The notes under the pieces were generated by a model that was not told where the DNA came from, searched no databases, and was given only the letters and a program-made list of their open reading frames with translations. DNA of 64,000 nucleotides from Eledone cirrhosa. Lineage: Eukaryota. Each line of letters begins with the position of its first letter. The first letter of the stretch is position 1. The DNA is taken from positions 315,456,001-315,520,000 of the forward strand of contig OZ024741.1 of the NCBI GenBank assembly GCA_964016885.1, written 5' to 3'. Below are positions 13,323 to 25,932 of this stretch, piece by piece. Both the position numbers and the translations under genes were made by a program.

Positions 13323-16300
13323 TTTTTTTTTTTTTTTTTTTTCTCTGTTTGTTTTTCTCGTTTTTTGCTGTTGTTGCTGTGCTACTTTGGTTTTGATGTT
13401 TGTTTTTTCTTTTTTCTTTTGAGTCTATCTATATATGTTGATGCCTTCCTCTTTTTTAGTAGGAATTCTATAATGTGGTGGTAGCAACTAGCAGGAAGCA
13501 ATGGAAGATAATAGCGGCGGTAGCGATACTGAGACAGTGGTGGTGGTGATGTCGATACCGAGGCAGTGGTGATGTGGTCGTATTACTGTAGTGATGGTGT
13601 TGTAGCGGTGGTAGCAATGAAGGAGTGGTGGCGGCGGTGATGGGATAGTGGTAGTAATGATGGCAGTAGTGATGGTGTTGTAGCGGTGGTAGCAATGAAG
13701 GACTGATGTCCGTTCGGTGAATCTATGGGGTTAGTCGCGTATATGTGTTGACCTAAATTCCCTTAATGTTGGGATTAAACATTTTGTTAAGACTTGGGAC
13801 AATAATAATAGTATTTATTATTATCCTTATTATGTTGAGATTGGTTGTGGTGGTGGTGAAATTGCCGTTATCTGGCTGTTGTGTTTAGTGTACACAGAGA
13901 GGTGATGGGGTAGGTGGTGTATCTAGTTTCTGGTGTTGGTGAGATTGGTGTTGTTTGGCTGTTCTATATAGTGTAGACAGAGGAGGGGGAGGGGTTCTTC
14001 TTCCATTTATAGCCATTTTCTTTTTTGAATATACAATGTACAATACAAAGTTGAATATTTGAATATTTGAGCCTTATAACAATATATTTGGGGTCCGAAT
14101 TTTTTGGGGGCTCAAGCCGGATGCTTTACGTAGCATTTGTACTAAGAGTTGTTATTTCACAAATGATTTAAATATGTTAAAAATTCAAAACTTACGGGAG
14201 CGATTTCATGACCTTCTACCACCTCCCTAAAAAAAAAAAAAAAAAAAAAAACGTAAAGAAAATAAGAATGAAGAGAGAAGCAAGCGGACGGACAGAGAAG
14301 AGAATGGAAAACCTAAGTCAGACATTCGAACACTACATTACAATGAAACTTATGTTTATTCATTTTTGGGGTTTTCTCTGCCTGTGTGTTTGTTTGTTAA
14401 TTTGTGTTCGTCTACAGCGTGGTGATAATATCGAACCTAAACAGTTCGAATAACGGTGAAATGGAGACTAGAACGTCATGTGACAGACTCTCACCCAACA
14501 GGTGCTCCCTGGCTCAGCAGCAGGAACCTGACTGTCAACCAAATACTGCTGGCGTTGGAGGAAGAAGAAGAAGGAAAGGGGCCTGAACCAACTGGACGAA
14601 AGAATTGAATAGAACTGTTATGCAATGTTACCTGAAAAGTAACCCCAAGGAGAGGGGCTATAGGAGACGGATGCATAACATCTGGAACGAGATTGGTCTA
14701 TTTAAATTAGATGAACAAAAATTGGCCGGGCAGGCTCGGGTAATAAGAACTAATGGGTGGATAAGCGAGCTGGAACTGGAGGAACTGAGCAGAGAGAATA
14801 GCTTGGAGATGGAGGGTGTAGTATGCCAGACAAACGAGCCAGTGGGAAATGAAGGTGAAGAGGTCGAGAGAACGGAGGAACCACCCGAAGCAGACAATGA
14901 TCTGAATACTGAGATAAATAATACCTGGAACAGAGATACGGCCACTGAGGAGATGAATGCTGACGGGCTAGGACAAGATTCGGTTGACATCCTAAATTTA
15001 GTGGTAGATGAATTGAACAATGATAGTGGGAGACCTATGAACCTAAGATTTGTAGACAGGAAAAAGTTAAAAGAAACAACAGCTAAGGTAAACAAAGTCA
15101 TCCCATACCTTGAGGCGAGGAGCCTTCACCAGTGCAACAATATCCTCAAAGCAACAGCAAATACGGTGAGGAAACTACTTGGTATAAAAGCGAGAGGAAA
15201 CAAGAGACAAGAAAGAGCAGAGCCTTGGTGGAAGAAACGACTGAGTGGTCAAATCAAGGAAATGAGAAATGACATAGGAAAGCTTGAGTCACTACTGAAT
15301 GGAACACTAAAAAAAAAAGGCACTAAAAATAGACTGGAAATAAAGTACAAAACTAGGAGGAAAAAGCTAAATATTATCATAGAGGAACTGAAGCAACGCA
15401 TTGTAGCAAAGAGTGCAAAAATCAGGCGATACGAGAACAGAGTCAGTCAGTATAAACAGAACCGCATGTTCGACAACAACCAGAAGATGCTGTTTGGACA
15501 GCTTGAGGGGAAAGAAAGAGGCAACGACTTGATCCCTGGGGCGGAACAAACTAAAACATTCTGGAGAGGAATATGGGAGCAGGATGTTAGACATAATGAC
15601 CAGGCAGGGTGGATTGAGACAGTACAGAGGGAGATCGGTGAGCAGGCACACCAACAAACTGATTTAAGTATCACAGTTGAAACTCTTAAGGGGCAGGCCA
15701 AAAAACTAACCAACTGGAAATCACCAGGCCCAGATGGTGTGCAGGGGTATTGGATTAAAAATGTAACATCTCTCCACCCGAAACTGACAGCCATGTTCAA
15801 TGACTGCTTGGTGTCGGGTGAGGTGCCAGAGTGGTTGACAAAAGGTACCACAGTTCTGATAATGAAAGACCGAATCAAGGGTAATGATGTTACCAACTAT
15901 AGACCTATCACATGTCTGTCCGTAATGTGGAAACTGTTGACGAGCATTGTGTCTGAGGAAATCTACCATCACCTCCACACAAACAACTTGTTATCGGACG
16001 AACAGAAAGGATGCCGAAAGAAGTCACGTGGTACAAAGGACCAGTTACTTATTGATAAGATGGTAATGGGGAATTGCAGGAGGAGACACACTGATCTTGC
16101 CATGGGATGGATAGACTACAGAAAGGCATTTGACATGGTGCCTCATTCTTGGATCACCAAAAGCCTGGAGATCTTCAAGGTGGCAGATAACATCAGACAG
16201 TTGCTGGGCAGGAGTATGGGGTCCTGGGAGACAGAGTTGACATCAACTGGAGAATCCTTGGGAAGCGTGAAGATCAAGAGAGGTATCTTCCAGGGAGATA

Positions 16301-17907
16301 GTCTGTCCCCTCTGTTGTTTGTCCTTGCCCTGATGTCCTTGATCATTATGCTGCGAAAAGTGAGAGCAGGATACAAGTTGGGAAAGGGAGAGCTTACCAT
16401 CAGTCACCTCCTCTTCATGGACGATCTTAAGCTCTTCGGGAAGAGTGAGAAGGAGTTGGATGTGCTTGCTGACACTGTCCGTATTTTCAGCAGTGATATA
16501 TGTATGCAGTTTGGTATTAGTAAGTGTGGAGTCATTGAGATGAGGAGGGGTAGGTTGAGCAGAAGTAACGGAATCCAGATACCAACAGGTGAGATGATAA
16601 AGGAAATTGACTCTGAGGAAGGATACAAGTATTTGGGCGTTCTGGAGGCTGATGGCATAAAGAACAAAAAAATGAAGGAATTGTTAAGAACTGAATACAT
16701 TCGGAGAGTAAGGAGCGTATTGAAGTCACATCTGAACAGCATAAATGCCATAAGCGCAGTAAATTCCCGAGCTGTGTCTATTATTAGGTACAGTGCGGGA
16801 ATTCTGAGATGGAATGTTGCTGAACAAAAAGAAATGGATAGGAAGACTAGGAATATATTGACTATCTACAACATGTTCCACAAGAGGAGTGATGTCGAAA
16901 GACTCTACTTAAGGAGATCTGAGGGTGGAAGTGGTCTTATCAGCATAGAGGACTGTGTTCAGATGGAGAAAAACAACCTATACAAATACGTGACTGATAG
17001 TAAGAAGCCAATGCTCAGAACTGTACTGAAGGAGGGGACAATAGGCCAGGGGATGTCCAAGGAGGAAATAACATCAAGGAGAAAGAGCAGGCTTCAGGAA
17101 AAATCCTATCATAGTACATTCTTTGAGAAAACTGAATTTAGAGATCCACAGACATGGAACTGGTTGAGAAGAGGAGACATCAAAAAGGCTACAGAAGGAA
17201 TGTTAATGGCTACGGAGGAGCAGGCCCTCAAAACGAAGTGGTTGAAACACCATATTTACAAGGAGGAGGCTAGCCCACTGTGCAGGATCTGTGGAGAGAG
17301 AGAGGAGACTGTGGCTCACATTGTATCCGAGTGTAAACACCTAGCCCAGACCCACTATAAGGTCTGGAGACATGATGTGATGGGCAGGGTGATCCACTGG
17401 CACCTGTGCAAAGTAAACAATTTACCACATTCTGAGAAATGGTATGAGCATAGGCCAGAGGCGGTGATGGAGAACGATCAGGAGAAGGTGCTGTGGGATT
17501 TTAGGATACAGACGGACAAGAAACTGGAACACAATAGACCTGACCTGGTGGTTGTGGACAAAGAAAAAAATCGTGTCTGATTGTGGATGTGGCCTGCCCA
17601 TTCGACACGAGAGTGCAAGAGAAGGAGAGGGAGAAAATTAACCGATACCAGAACTTAAAGTGGGAGGTAAAAAAGGATTTCGAAATGCCATGAAGTCAAA
17701 CTGATCCCGATTGTCATAGGCGCACTGGGGACTATCTCCAAAAGTTTCCAGGGATGGTTAAAGAAAATCAGCCCCTTCACGCTTTTTGGAACGTTTCAAA
17801 AGGCATGCTTGCTGGGAACAGCAAGAACCCTCCGATACGTCCTGAATATCTGAGGCTGCAGGTAGTGGCTTGATATTCATTCCAACGGACTTTCCAGTTA
17901 ACCAACA
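13321..17907 (+). mobile_element. Dong/R4-like family A, near full length, with inverted 5' UTR segment (13321-14228)
   Basis: 991-aa ORF 14605-17580 (RT FMDD, CCHC, RHD, RPD); premature stop at 14584-14586; the 5' segment matches 39650-40676 on the same strand while the body matches the opposite strand. Confidence 0.92.
14605..17580 (+). pseudogene. RT-RLE ORF of the Dong-like element, truncated at both ends by stops
   Basis: Near-identical to the intact ORF 35919-39311 but lacks the N-terminal 48 aa in frame and the RLE C-terminus. Confidence 0.88.
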
Positions 17908-20900
17908 GGACTGCCGCTAGTTAACGATGGTCGACCCTATCGAAGGCATTCGACTGATCTAAATTGATCAAAGACCCACCCGTGCCAGGTTCCCTAGCTA
18001 CCCTCTCTACGATGTATCGCATGAGGTGGAGGTTGTCGTGGATGGATCTGTAGGGAATGGCGCATGTCTGTGCCTTTCCCACCAGACCACCAACGATAAG
18101 CGACAACCTATTTGCTAGCACCTTGGCCAAAATCTTGAACTCTGTGTTTAGCAGAGTTATGGGCCTAAAATGATCTATGTTATCCCCCTTGTTCGGATCC
18201 TTTCTCAGCAACCCCACCGCTCCTCGGCTCACATAGCTGGGAAATTCTCCCGTTCTGTTGCCAGTTGCAGTAGACGTATGCCAAGAGGCCTCCGAACAAG
18301 TCTGGCATTTGTACGTAAAATTCATAGGGCAGACCATCCAAACCAGGCGATTTACCCCTTGTGCAGCCAGTCATTGCCTCCCGTACTTCAGCGGTTGTTA
18401 TCGGCTTTTCGCAACACTCCGCCTCAGTGGCCGAGAGCCTCAGTATTCCGTCGAGGTAGACACTAAAGTCCATCCCTCGATCTGGCCCGCCACTGTCCCC
18501 GAGCAGTTGAGCGCAGTGTCGCTGAAAAGCTTCACACATTTGCCCGGGATCGAGTAGCATGCGCCCGTCGTGGTCCACCAAAGATCGGATCGTGGCTTTT
18601 CTGCCACGACGCGCCTCCGCCACTCGGGCCCATTGAACGGCTTTCGTCCCGTCGTGTCTGAGAGCACGCACCCTAGCTCTGACAACGCAGCCTTCGTGCT
18701 TTGCATTGAAGAATTGGTCAAGGGTCAATTTCGCCGCAAGTACGTCGGTCGCGATGCCTTTGCTAAGCGCCTCGTCTAATTCTCTAACTAATTCTCCCTC
18801 TGCTCTATTTTTCTCTATTGCTAAAGCCTTACTAAACCTAATGGACTCTATTCTAATTGCTCTTTTCAGAGCAAACCACCACTTGTTGTTGACGATGGCC
18901 CCCGTCAACGCCCGCTTAACTAGTTCGATAATCCGGTCTCTGTAGGCCTTGCGCGCTGGTAAGGACGCGTTTAGCTTCCAGTAGCCGGGTCTTCGTCTAT
19001 GAAGCCTATCTAAGTCAAGCACACAGATCACGAATTTGTGGTCCGTGTAGCTGACTATCTTGAATTGTGGACAGCCTATGCTAGACCTATCTATTTCCCT
19101 ACAAAATACTCTATCTAGATATGATCTGGATGACCCTATGCGATTTGTCCATTTCCACATTGGTACATGCGGGAAATCCAATCGGTACCTGTCAGACAGT
19201 TGAAACCATCTGAGAGGGTTTGCGAGGCTTTTACATCCTCCTGCCCTATCCGCTAATCCCATACAGTCCCAGCGTGCATCTAACATCCCGTTCTAGTCGC
19301 CCACTAACACTAAAGAGCGGGACGTTCCAAGAAAGGTCTCCAGACGCCGGAAGAAATCAGGCTGGGAGATGCGTACACATCGTAGCCGCCGAAGATCGGT
19401 GCGAAGGCCCGTGCTTCGGAGATTCTGGTCTCGCTGATGGCCACTACATCTATGTGTAGTGACCTGAGGTCGTTAAGCAGGTGGCCCTGCTTCCATGATG
19501 ACCCCAAGCCACGCGCATTTATGCTGCCTATTCTGAGTGAGGTCATGTTGAAAAGGAGTGGAAAAGATGGGAAAGACCACTTACCTTACTTCTCGTAGGG
19601 GAAGGACGGTTTTTCCATCCTTTTCACTGCTTGTGCCCTCCTCAGGAAGGATGTCCTTGTAAATCCTCCTGGGGAGTGCTTGTCGGAAGTCTCCGATGTC
19701 TTTCGGGAATTTTTGTTTTAGTGTCATGTACGTTTTCTGTGTGATGCGAGTGATTTGTATGTGTGGAGGTGGTGTGAATTTTTGGGTTGTTGTGTAGTCT
19801 TTTTCTGTGATGCTCGTGTTGTGTTGGATATAGTGTAATAATTGCTTGTTGTTCAAATTTAATGCTGTGTAGTGTGTATCGTTTTGGTTGTTTTGTTTTG
19901 TTTGCATTTGTTGTGGGTTTTGTTTCTGTTTCGCATTTTGGTGACTTTTGTGGTGTAGGTGATGATGTTGTTGGGGTTAATGATGGTGATGGTGTTGGTG
20001 TTTGGGTTGATGGGGTTGGTGATGCTGGTGTGGATGGTGGCATATCTGTCCTAACTTTTTTGTTTGTTAATTTATTTGTTTCCCTCTGTATTTTGTTTTT
20101 GGAGTGGGAAGGAAGAGAATTTTTTCTTTTTTGGTTTCTTTTTTTTTTTCCTGATACCGTTTCCCACTCCTCGTCGTCACAATCTGTCTCCAGTTGTGAT
20201 AGGCCGGGGAGTGGAAAATCCCCCACAGGCGTTAGTTTTGGTTGTGGCGTGGTGGATGGTGTAGGCGCTGGTGCTAATTCTGAAGCGTTGGGTGGTGGTG
20301 GTGTTGGTTTTGCTACTGTTGCAGGGGTTGTTGCTGTTATAGTTGCTTCTGTTGTTGCTGCTACAGTTGTTGCTGCCATCTCTGCTACTGGTGGCGTTGA
20401 TGGTTGAGTCACTGGGGTGGGTAGGAGAGGTGGCCTCAACCTTTTAGCCTAAGGGCAGAAAGCGCTTAGGTGGGTTCCTTCACCACAAACGACACACCTA
20501 GGCCTACTGCCCTCGAAAATTACGGTGAGGTTGCTGTCGTCAGTGAGGTCTATTACCTCTTGGATCTCCTCAATGCTTTTTTGTTTCCGCTTGAATCAGG
20601 AGCTCCATCCCAGATCCGGACCAGTTCTCCTGCTTTTCTTTTGCTATTGCTATTATCTTTGTGTTGGCTTCGATGCCGGCGAGGACGGCCGCTATTAGCC
20701 AGGGAATTTCGATGGCCGGTGGAACGTGGGTCACCCTGATCTTTACGAGTCTCTGGCCACAATAGCTTGGAACGAGTGTGAAGTCGTCACTTCTTAATGG
20801 GGCCATGGAGTGTTCTCCAGCCTCCTCTTGTGTTACAAAGAACACGTCCACGGTTCCATACTTCTGCCCACGTCTGATGTGGGTTTTTCTTGCCCACACA

Positions 20901-21763
20901 TGTCCCAAAGCTTTTTGGATTTGGGACTCGGATGCCGGTTCCACTCGGCGCGATTTTACATTTATTGTTCGATACGAGCATCGGTGCATAGGCGCCGATG
21001 CTCCATTTTATTAGGTGGGGGAGGGTGAGGCTGACCCTGTACCCATCTTTCTTTACCATTTGTTTGGCATTTTCTAATTCCTCCTGAGTTACCGTAAATG
21101 CTTCGCACTGTTTTGCTACTCTGGCAAAACTCAGGGTGTTTTTTTTAATGTCATTGTTGTCGCTGTTGCTATCGTTATTTTTGTTATTATTAATTTTAGT
21201 TTCAGTTGTGGTGGTGGTGACGTCAGTGAAGTTCGGTTTGGGAGAGTCCATTTTGGCTGAAAATATTTCGACATCACGAGTTGATTTATGTTTTCCTTTT
21301 GTTTCTGTTGTCGCGGTGGTGGTGGGGGTGGTAGTTGTCGCGGTGGTGGTGGTGGTGGTGGTTGCGGCTTTAACACCTGCAGTCATTGGTAATGGCGGGA
21401 AATGAATGTCTGCCTGAGACAAATTTAAAGTATTGCTAGTGCTTAAATTGTTCGTGGTGGCAAACGTAGTATCATTAAAATGGTGGTGTCGGTGTGAGGT
21501 GTTAATTTGTGAGAAAGGCTTTCAGCTGCTTGGTGCAGAGGTGAATTAGCCATTTTTTTTCAAAGAAATTTTTTGATAATCATAAAAGTTTAAAATTTTG
21601 GGCACAAGGCCCCAATCTTTTTGGGTGTCCTTTTCGGAAAACAATGTATGTGCGCTTATATATACTTAACAATAAAAATTTTCCATAAATGGCAATTTTT
21701 AACAAACGGAAATAACAAACCTTTGCGGAGCTCACGATGATACGATTTACTACGTAGGTCGCC
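17908..21763 (-). mobile_element. Tx1/L1-like copy 2, 3' portion deleted
   Basis: Same 5' terminus as copy 1 (GGCGACCTACGTA on - strand) next to (AAT)n 21764-21811; ORF1 knuckle CVVCGEGTHLSAFC; APE plus partial RT. Confidence 0.9.
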
Positions 21764-21816
<53 letters not shown>

Positions 21817-21819
21817 TAA

Positions 21820-24800
21820 TTGTGCCTGGAGTGGAGACAATTGTTTTTATTAATAATTTCATTCTTAAGCCACACAATGCTCACATTAAGGAACCACTCA
21901 TGATAATAACAATTTAAAAAAACAACAAAAAAGAAAACCCCGTGACCAAGAAATACCGGGATGGCGGCCGGCGGGGAATAGCCGTGTCTCTAGGGGAGAA
22001 CGACCCCTCTAGTCTTGGTTGACACTCGTTCTAGAAGTGGAAACACGAAATGATTACCCCTTGGCGGATAAGGATAAAACGCGACAAAATAAAGTAAATA
22101 TCTAATGATAAAATCTCATACCGGATCGGCCGTCACCCGGGTAAAAAAGGGCCGCGTCCCTCAGAGAGGAACCAGACTGGGGTCGAAAAATCAGCCAATG
22201 GTTCAAACCTTCCCATCACTTCGGAGCTGGAGACCTCCCATAACCGGAATACTCCTACTGTTGGCCCTCCATGCTCACCACCAAGAAATCCAAAGAAAAA
22301 GAGAGAAAAATGGTCAAGGGAAGATAATAAAGAAGTCCTTGAGGCTTTCTACACTGCCATGTACTACCCATCAAATACATCGAATACAGAACAGACATAT
22401 ATCAACTGGAAAAAGAAACATCCCGAAAACAGAGGCTATATTGACAGTAACAAACTAGCCAATATACGAAGAAATATTGTAAAAAAAAAGTTACTAACTG
22501 ATATAGAAATTGATCAGATCAAGCTATTACCACAAAGTCAGAGAAGGGAAAATGAAACATGTGTCAGTGAAAACGAGGAAAATTGTAACACTTCGAATCC
22601 CAGGGTTGGGGCGGAATCACTGGCAACAGAACAAATTAAAGAAAGCATCGAAAAAGTGGAGGGAGTGCATGCTCAAGATGAAACTCCAAATGAAAATAAT
22701 GAGATCGTAAATGATAAAGAAATGAATGAGAATGAACTTGCCAACTTGAAGGATGAAATTATGATCGAATGGATGAAAATGAAAGAATCTGACATGTGAC
22801 AACGAGACACCCTCCCTAAGATCCAGAACTCCAAACAGAACCAAAAGATAATACACAAGACTAACATAATTCTCAAAAACCTTTATCATCACAAACAAAC
22901 TAAACATTACTGATTTAAATCATCTCTATTATTCTCGGCTAAAGTCACCACTCACTTATGTGGAGTGAAGATGAAAAAACAAAGGAATTCCCACAAGAAA
23001 TCTACTTGGTAAGAGAACATCAATCGCCAAATAAACCTTCTCCGATCTGACATAGAAATTTTAACAAACTATAAAGTAGGTGAACATGTTAAACAAACTA
23101 AACTTAGAAAATTGAAAAGAAAGTATAGTATAAAATCAACAAGTGACATAGACATGCTGATAGAAATAATCAAGCTAAAAGTGTCGGCCAAAGCTGCTCG
23201 TATAAGGCGCTTTGAAAAGCGATCTAGATTCTATAAGGACAATAATATGTTCAAAAACAACCAAAGAAACTTCTACAGAAAAATTGGTAAGTCAACAATA
23301 ACTGCTAAATCAATACCACCCAAGGAGGAAGTGCAAGAATTCTGGGAAAAGATCTGGGCCGAAGAAAAAGTTCATAACATACATGCCCCATGGATAGACA
23401 GACAAATGAAAGATACAGCTCACCTTGAGGAACAAATATGGGAAAACATAACAGTTGAACAGTTGCGCTTGGCTCTAAGAAAAACCAGCAAAGGAAATCC
23501 CCAGGAAAAGACAAAATACCAATTTTTTGGATAAATGCCTGCACAGAGTCTCATGAGCTGTTAGCCCAACTTTGCAATGAAATAGTTAAGGAGCCAGAAA
23601 AGATACCATCATGGCTATTTAACGGCATTACATTCCTGCTTCTGAAGAATGATGAGACAAACAATCCCAAAAATTACAGTCCGATAACTTGCTTGACCAC
23701 AATGTATAAAATTTTAACATCAGTCCTAACTGAATACACATATGACCACCTGATAACAAATGACCTATTTCCCATTGAGCAGAAAGGGTGTAAACGAGGC
23801 TCATATGGCTGTAAGGATCAGCTTTTGGTTAACAAAATGATACTGGAAGATTGTCATAATAGACACAAAAATCTATCAATTGCTTGGATAGATTATAAAA
23901 AAGCATTCGATAGTTTGCCACACAGTTGGATTGAAAAATGTTTAGAGATTTTCAAAATATCCCCCGTTGTCAGGAGGTTTTTGACATTCAGTATGAAGAA
24001 ATGTAAAACGACACTCCTTTTGAATAGTGAAACAAAATCACTGGAAGCTGGAGAAGTTAACATTAATTGGGGAATTTTTCAGGGTGACTCTTTATCACCG
24101 CTTTTATTCTGCATCGCACTTATACCATTAAGTAAAATGCTCAATGAAACAAAACATGGATATAGAGTCTATGACAAAACCATTAATCACTTGTTCTACG
24201 TGGATGACCTGAAACTATTTGCAAAAAATGATGAACAATTGCAAGGGCTATAATCCACTGTGGAGCAGTTCAGTGATGACATTAGAATGGAGTTTGGATT
24301 AGATAAATGCGCAAAAGCAACGTTCACCAGGGGAAAGCTGCTGAAGAGTTCAGACATTAATCTTGATCGGGGGAACGTGATAAGAGAACTTGATCAAGAA
24401 AAAACTTACAAATATCTAGGTATTTGTGAAGGAGACGGAATCAAGCACTCGACAATGAGGGAAAGGATAAGGAAGGAATGTTACCGCAGAGTAAGAGCAA
24501 TCTTAAGAACGGAATTGAAGGCAAGGAATAGGATCGATGCCATAAACACGCTTGCCATACCAGTAGTAACCTACAGTTACAATGTCATCAACTCGTCAAG
24601 CACAGAGATCCGTAGGCTCGATACAAAAATTCGAAAATTATTAACCATGCACAGAATGCATCACCCTAAGGCAGATATAGATAGAATATATCTCGCTAGG
24701 AAAGAAGGAGGACGTGGGTTAATCCAGTTAGACATTGCGTTGAAAACTGCAACAATTGGATTATTTACATATCTAAGGGAATTACATGATTGGATGATCA

Positions 24801-25890
24801 AACTCGTTTTGAAACACGAAAGCATCAAAAGATCATATTCCATTACAAAAGATGCACAAAGATACAGTAATGGACTACAAATTTCAGAAGTCCCATTTAC
24901 TGCTGAAATGGAAAACACAGAAAAGGCAAAGCAGATAAAAGTAACTGCAAAGAAAGAACTGCTACAGAAACTGGCTAAGAAATGGCAAGAAAAGCCTCTG
25001 TATGGAAAAAACCCAGAACGAGCTAACAATCCTGATGTTGACAAAACTTTAACCCATCAGTGGTTGGCATCCTCTGGACTGAAATCGGAGACTGAAGGAC
25101 TGATTATATCAGCACAAGATCAGTGTCTGCCAACAAAAAATTACCAACCCAATATAATAAAAAATGGATGCAGCCCATTATGCCGTGTATGCAAAAAACA
25201 ACCAGAGACCATTGACCATATAATTTCAATGTGCAGTCCTATAGCTCCAACCGAATACCTAAACAGGCATGACAGAGCTGCACAATACATACATTGGATA
25301 ATGTGTAAGCATTTTGACCTGCCCCATCAAAAGAATTGGTGGGAGCATCAACCACATCCCATACTTGAAAAAGATCACATCTCAATCTTGTGGAACTTCA
25401 GCATCCAAACAGACCGAAAAATAGATGCAAATAGACCTGATATAATATTGAAGGACTTTAAAAAGAGGGTATGCCTGCTAATTGATATGTCCGTTCCAAT
25501 AGACAAGAATGTATCTATAAAAACATTTGAAAAATTGAGCAAGTATAAGGACCTGGAGATAGAAATTTGAAAAATGTGGAAATTGAGAACTAAAACAATA
25601 CCAGTGGTTATGGGCGCTCTGGGAATGATACCTAAGGGGTCTAATGATTACTTATCGAAAATCCCAGGAAACCCGCGTATAGGAGAAATACAAAAGATAG
25701 TACGAATGGGAACTGCCCATATACTAAGGAAGATTCTGTCAATATAAGTACATCACAAGTCTAAACACTAAAGATGCATGTGTGAGTATGTATGTTCTTT
25801 CTTGAACATGGCGGACCTTGTTGTCTCTTGAGGTCACTGGTTGTGACTTGGTGATAACTCGTATGAACATAAAGCAAGATAAATACAACT

Positions 25891-25891
<1 letters not shown>
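21820..25891 (+). mobile_element. Dong/R4-like family B, near full length, disrupted
   Basis: ORF fragments 22359-25570 with GIFQGDSLSPLLF, FYVDDLK, CRVCKKQPETIDHIISMC, RHD and RPDIILKD..IDMSVP; (TAA)n on both sides. Confidence 0.92.

Positions 25892-25931
<40 letters not shown>

Positions 25932-25932
<1 letters not shown>

Noticed and set aside
14605-17580. Bacterial RT system (retron, DGR, group II intron)
   Set aside because: RT-CCHC-RLE architecture, 5' truncations and spliceosomal host exons indicate eukaryotic non-LTR elements
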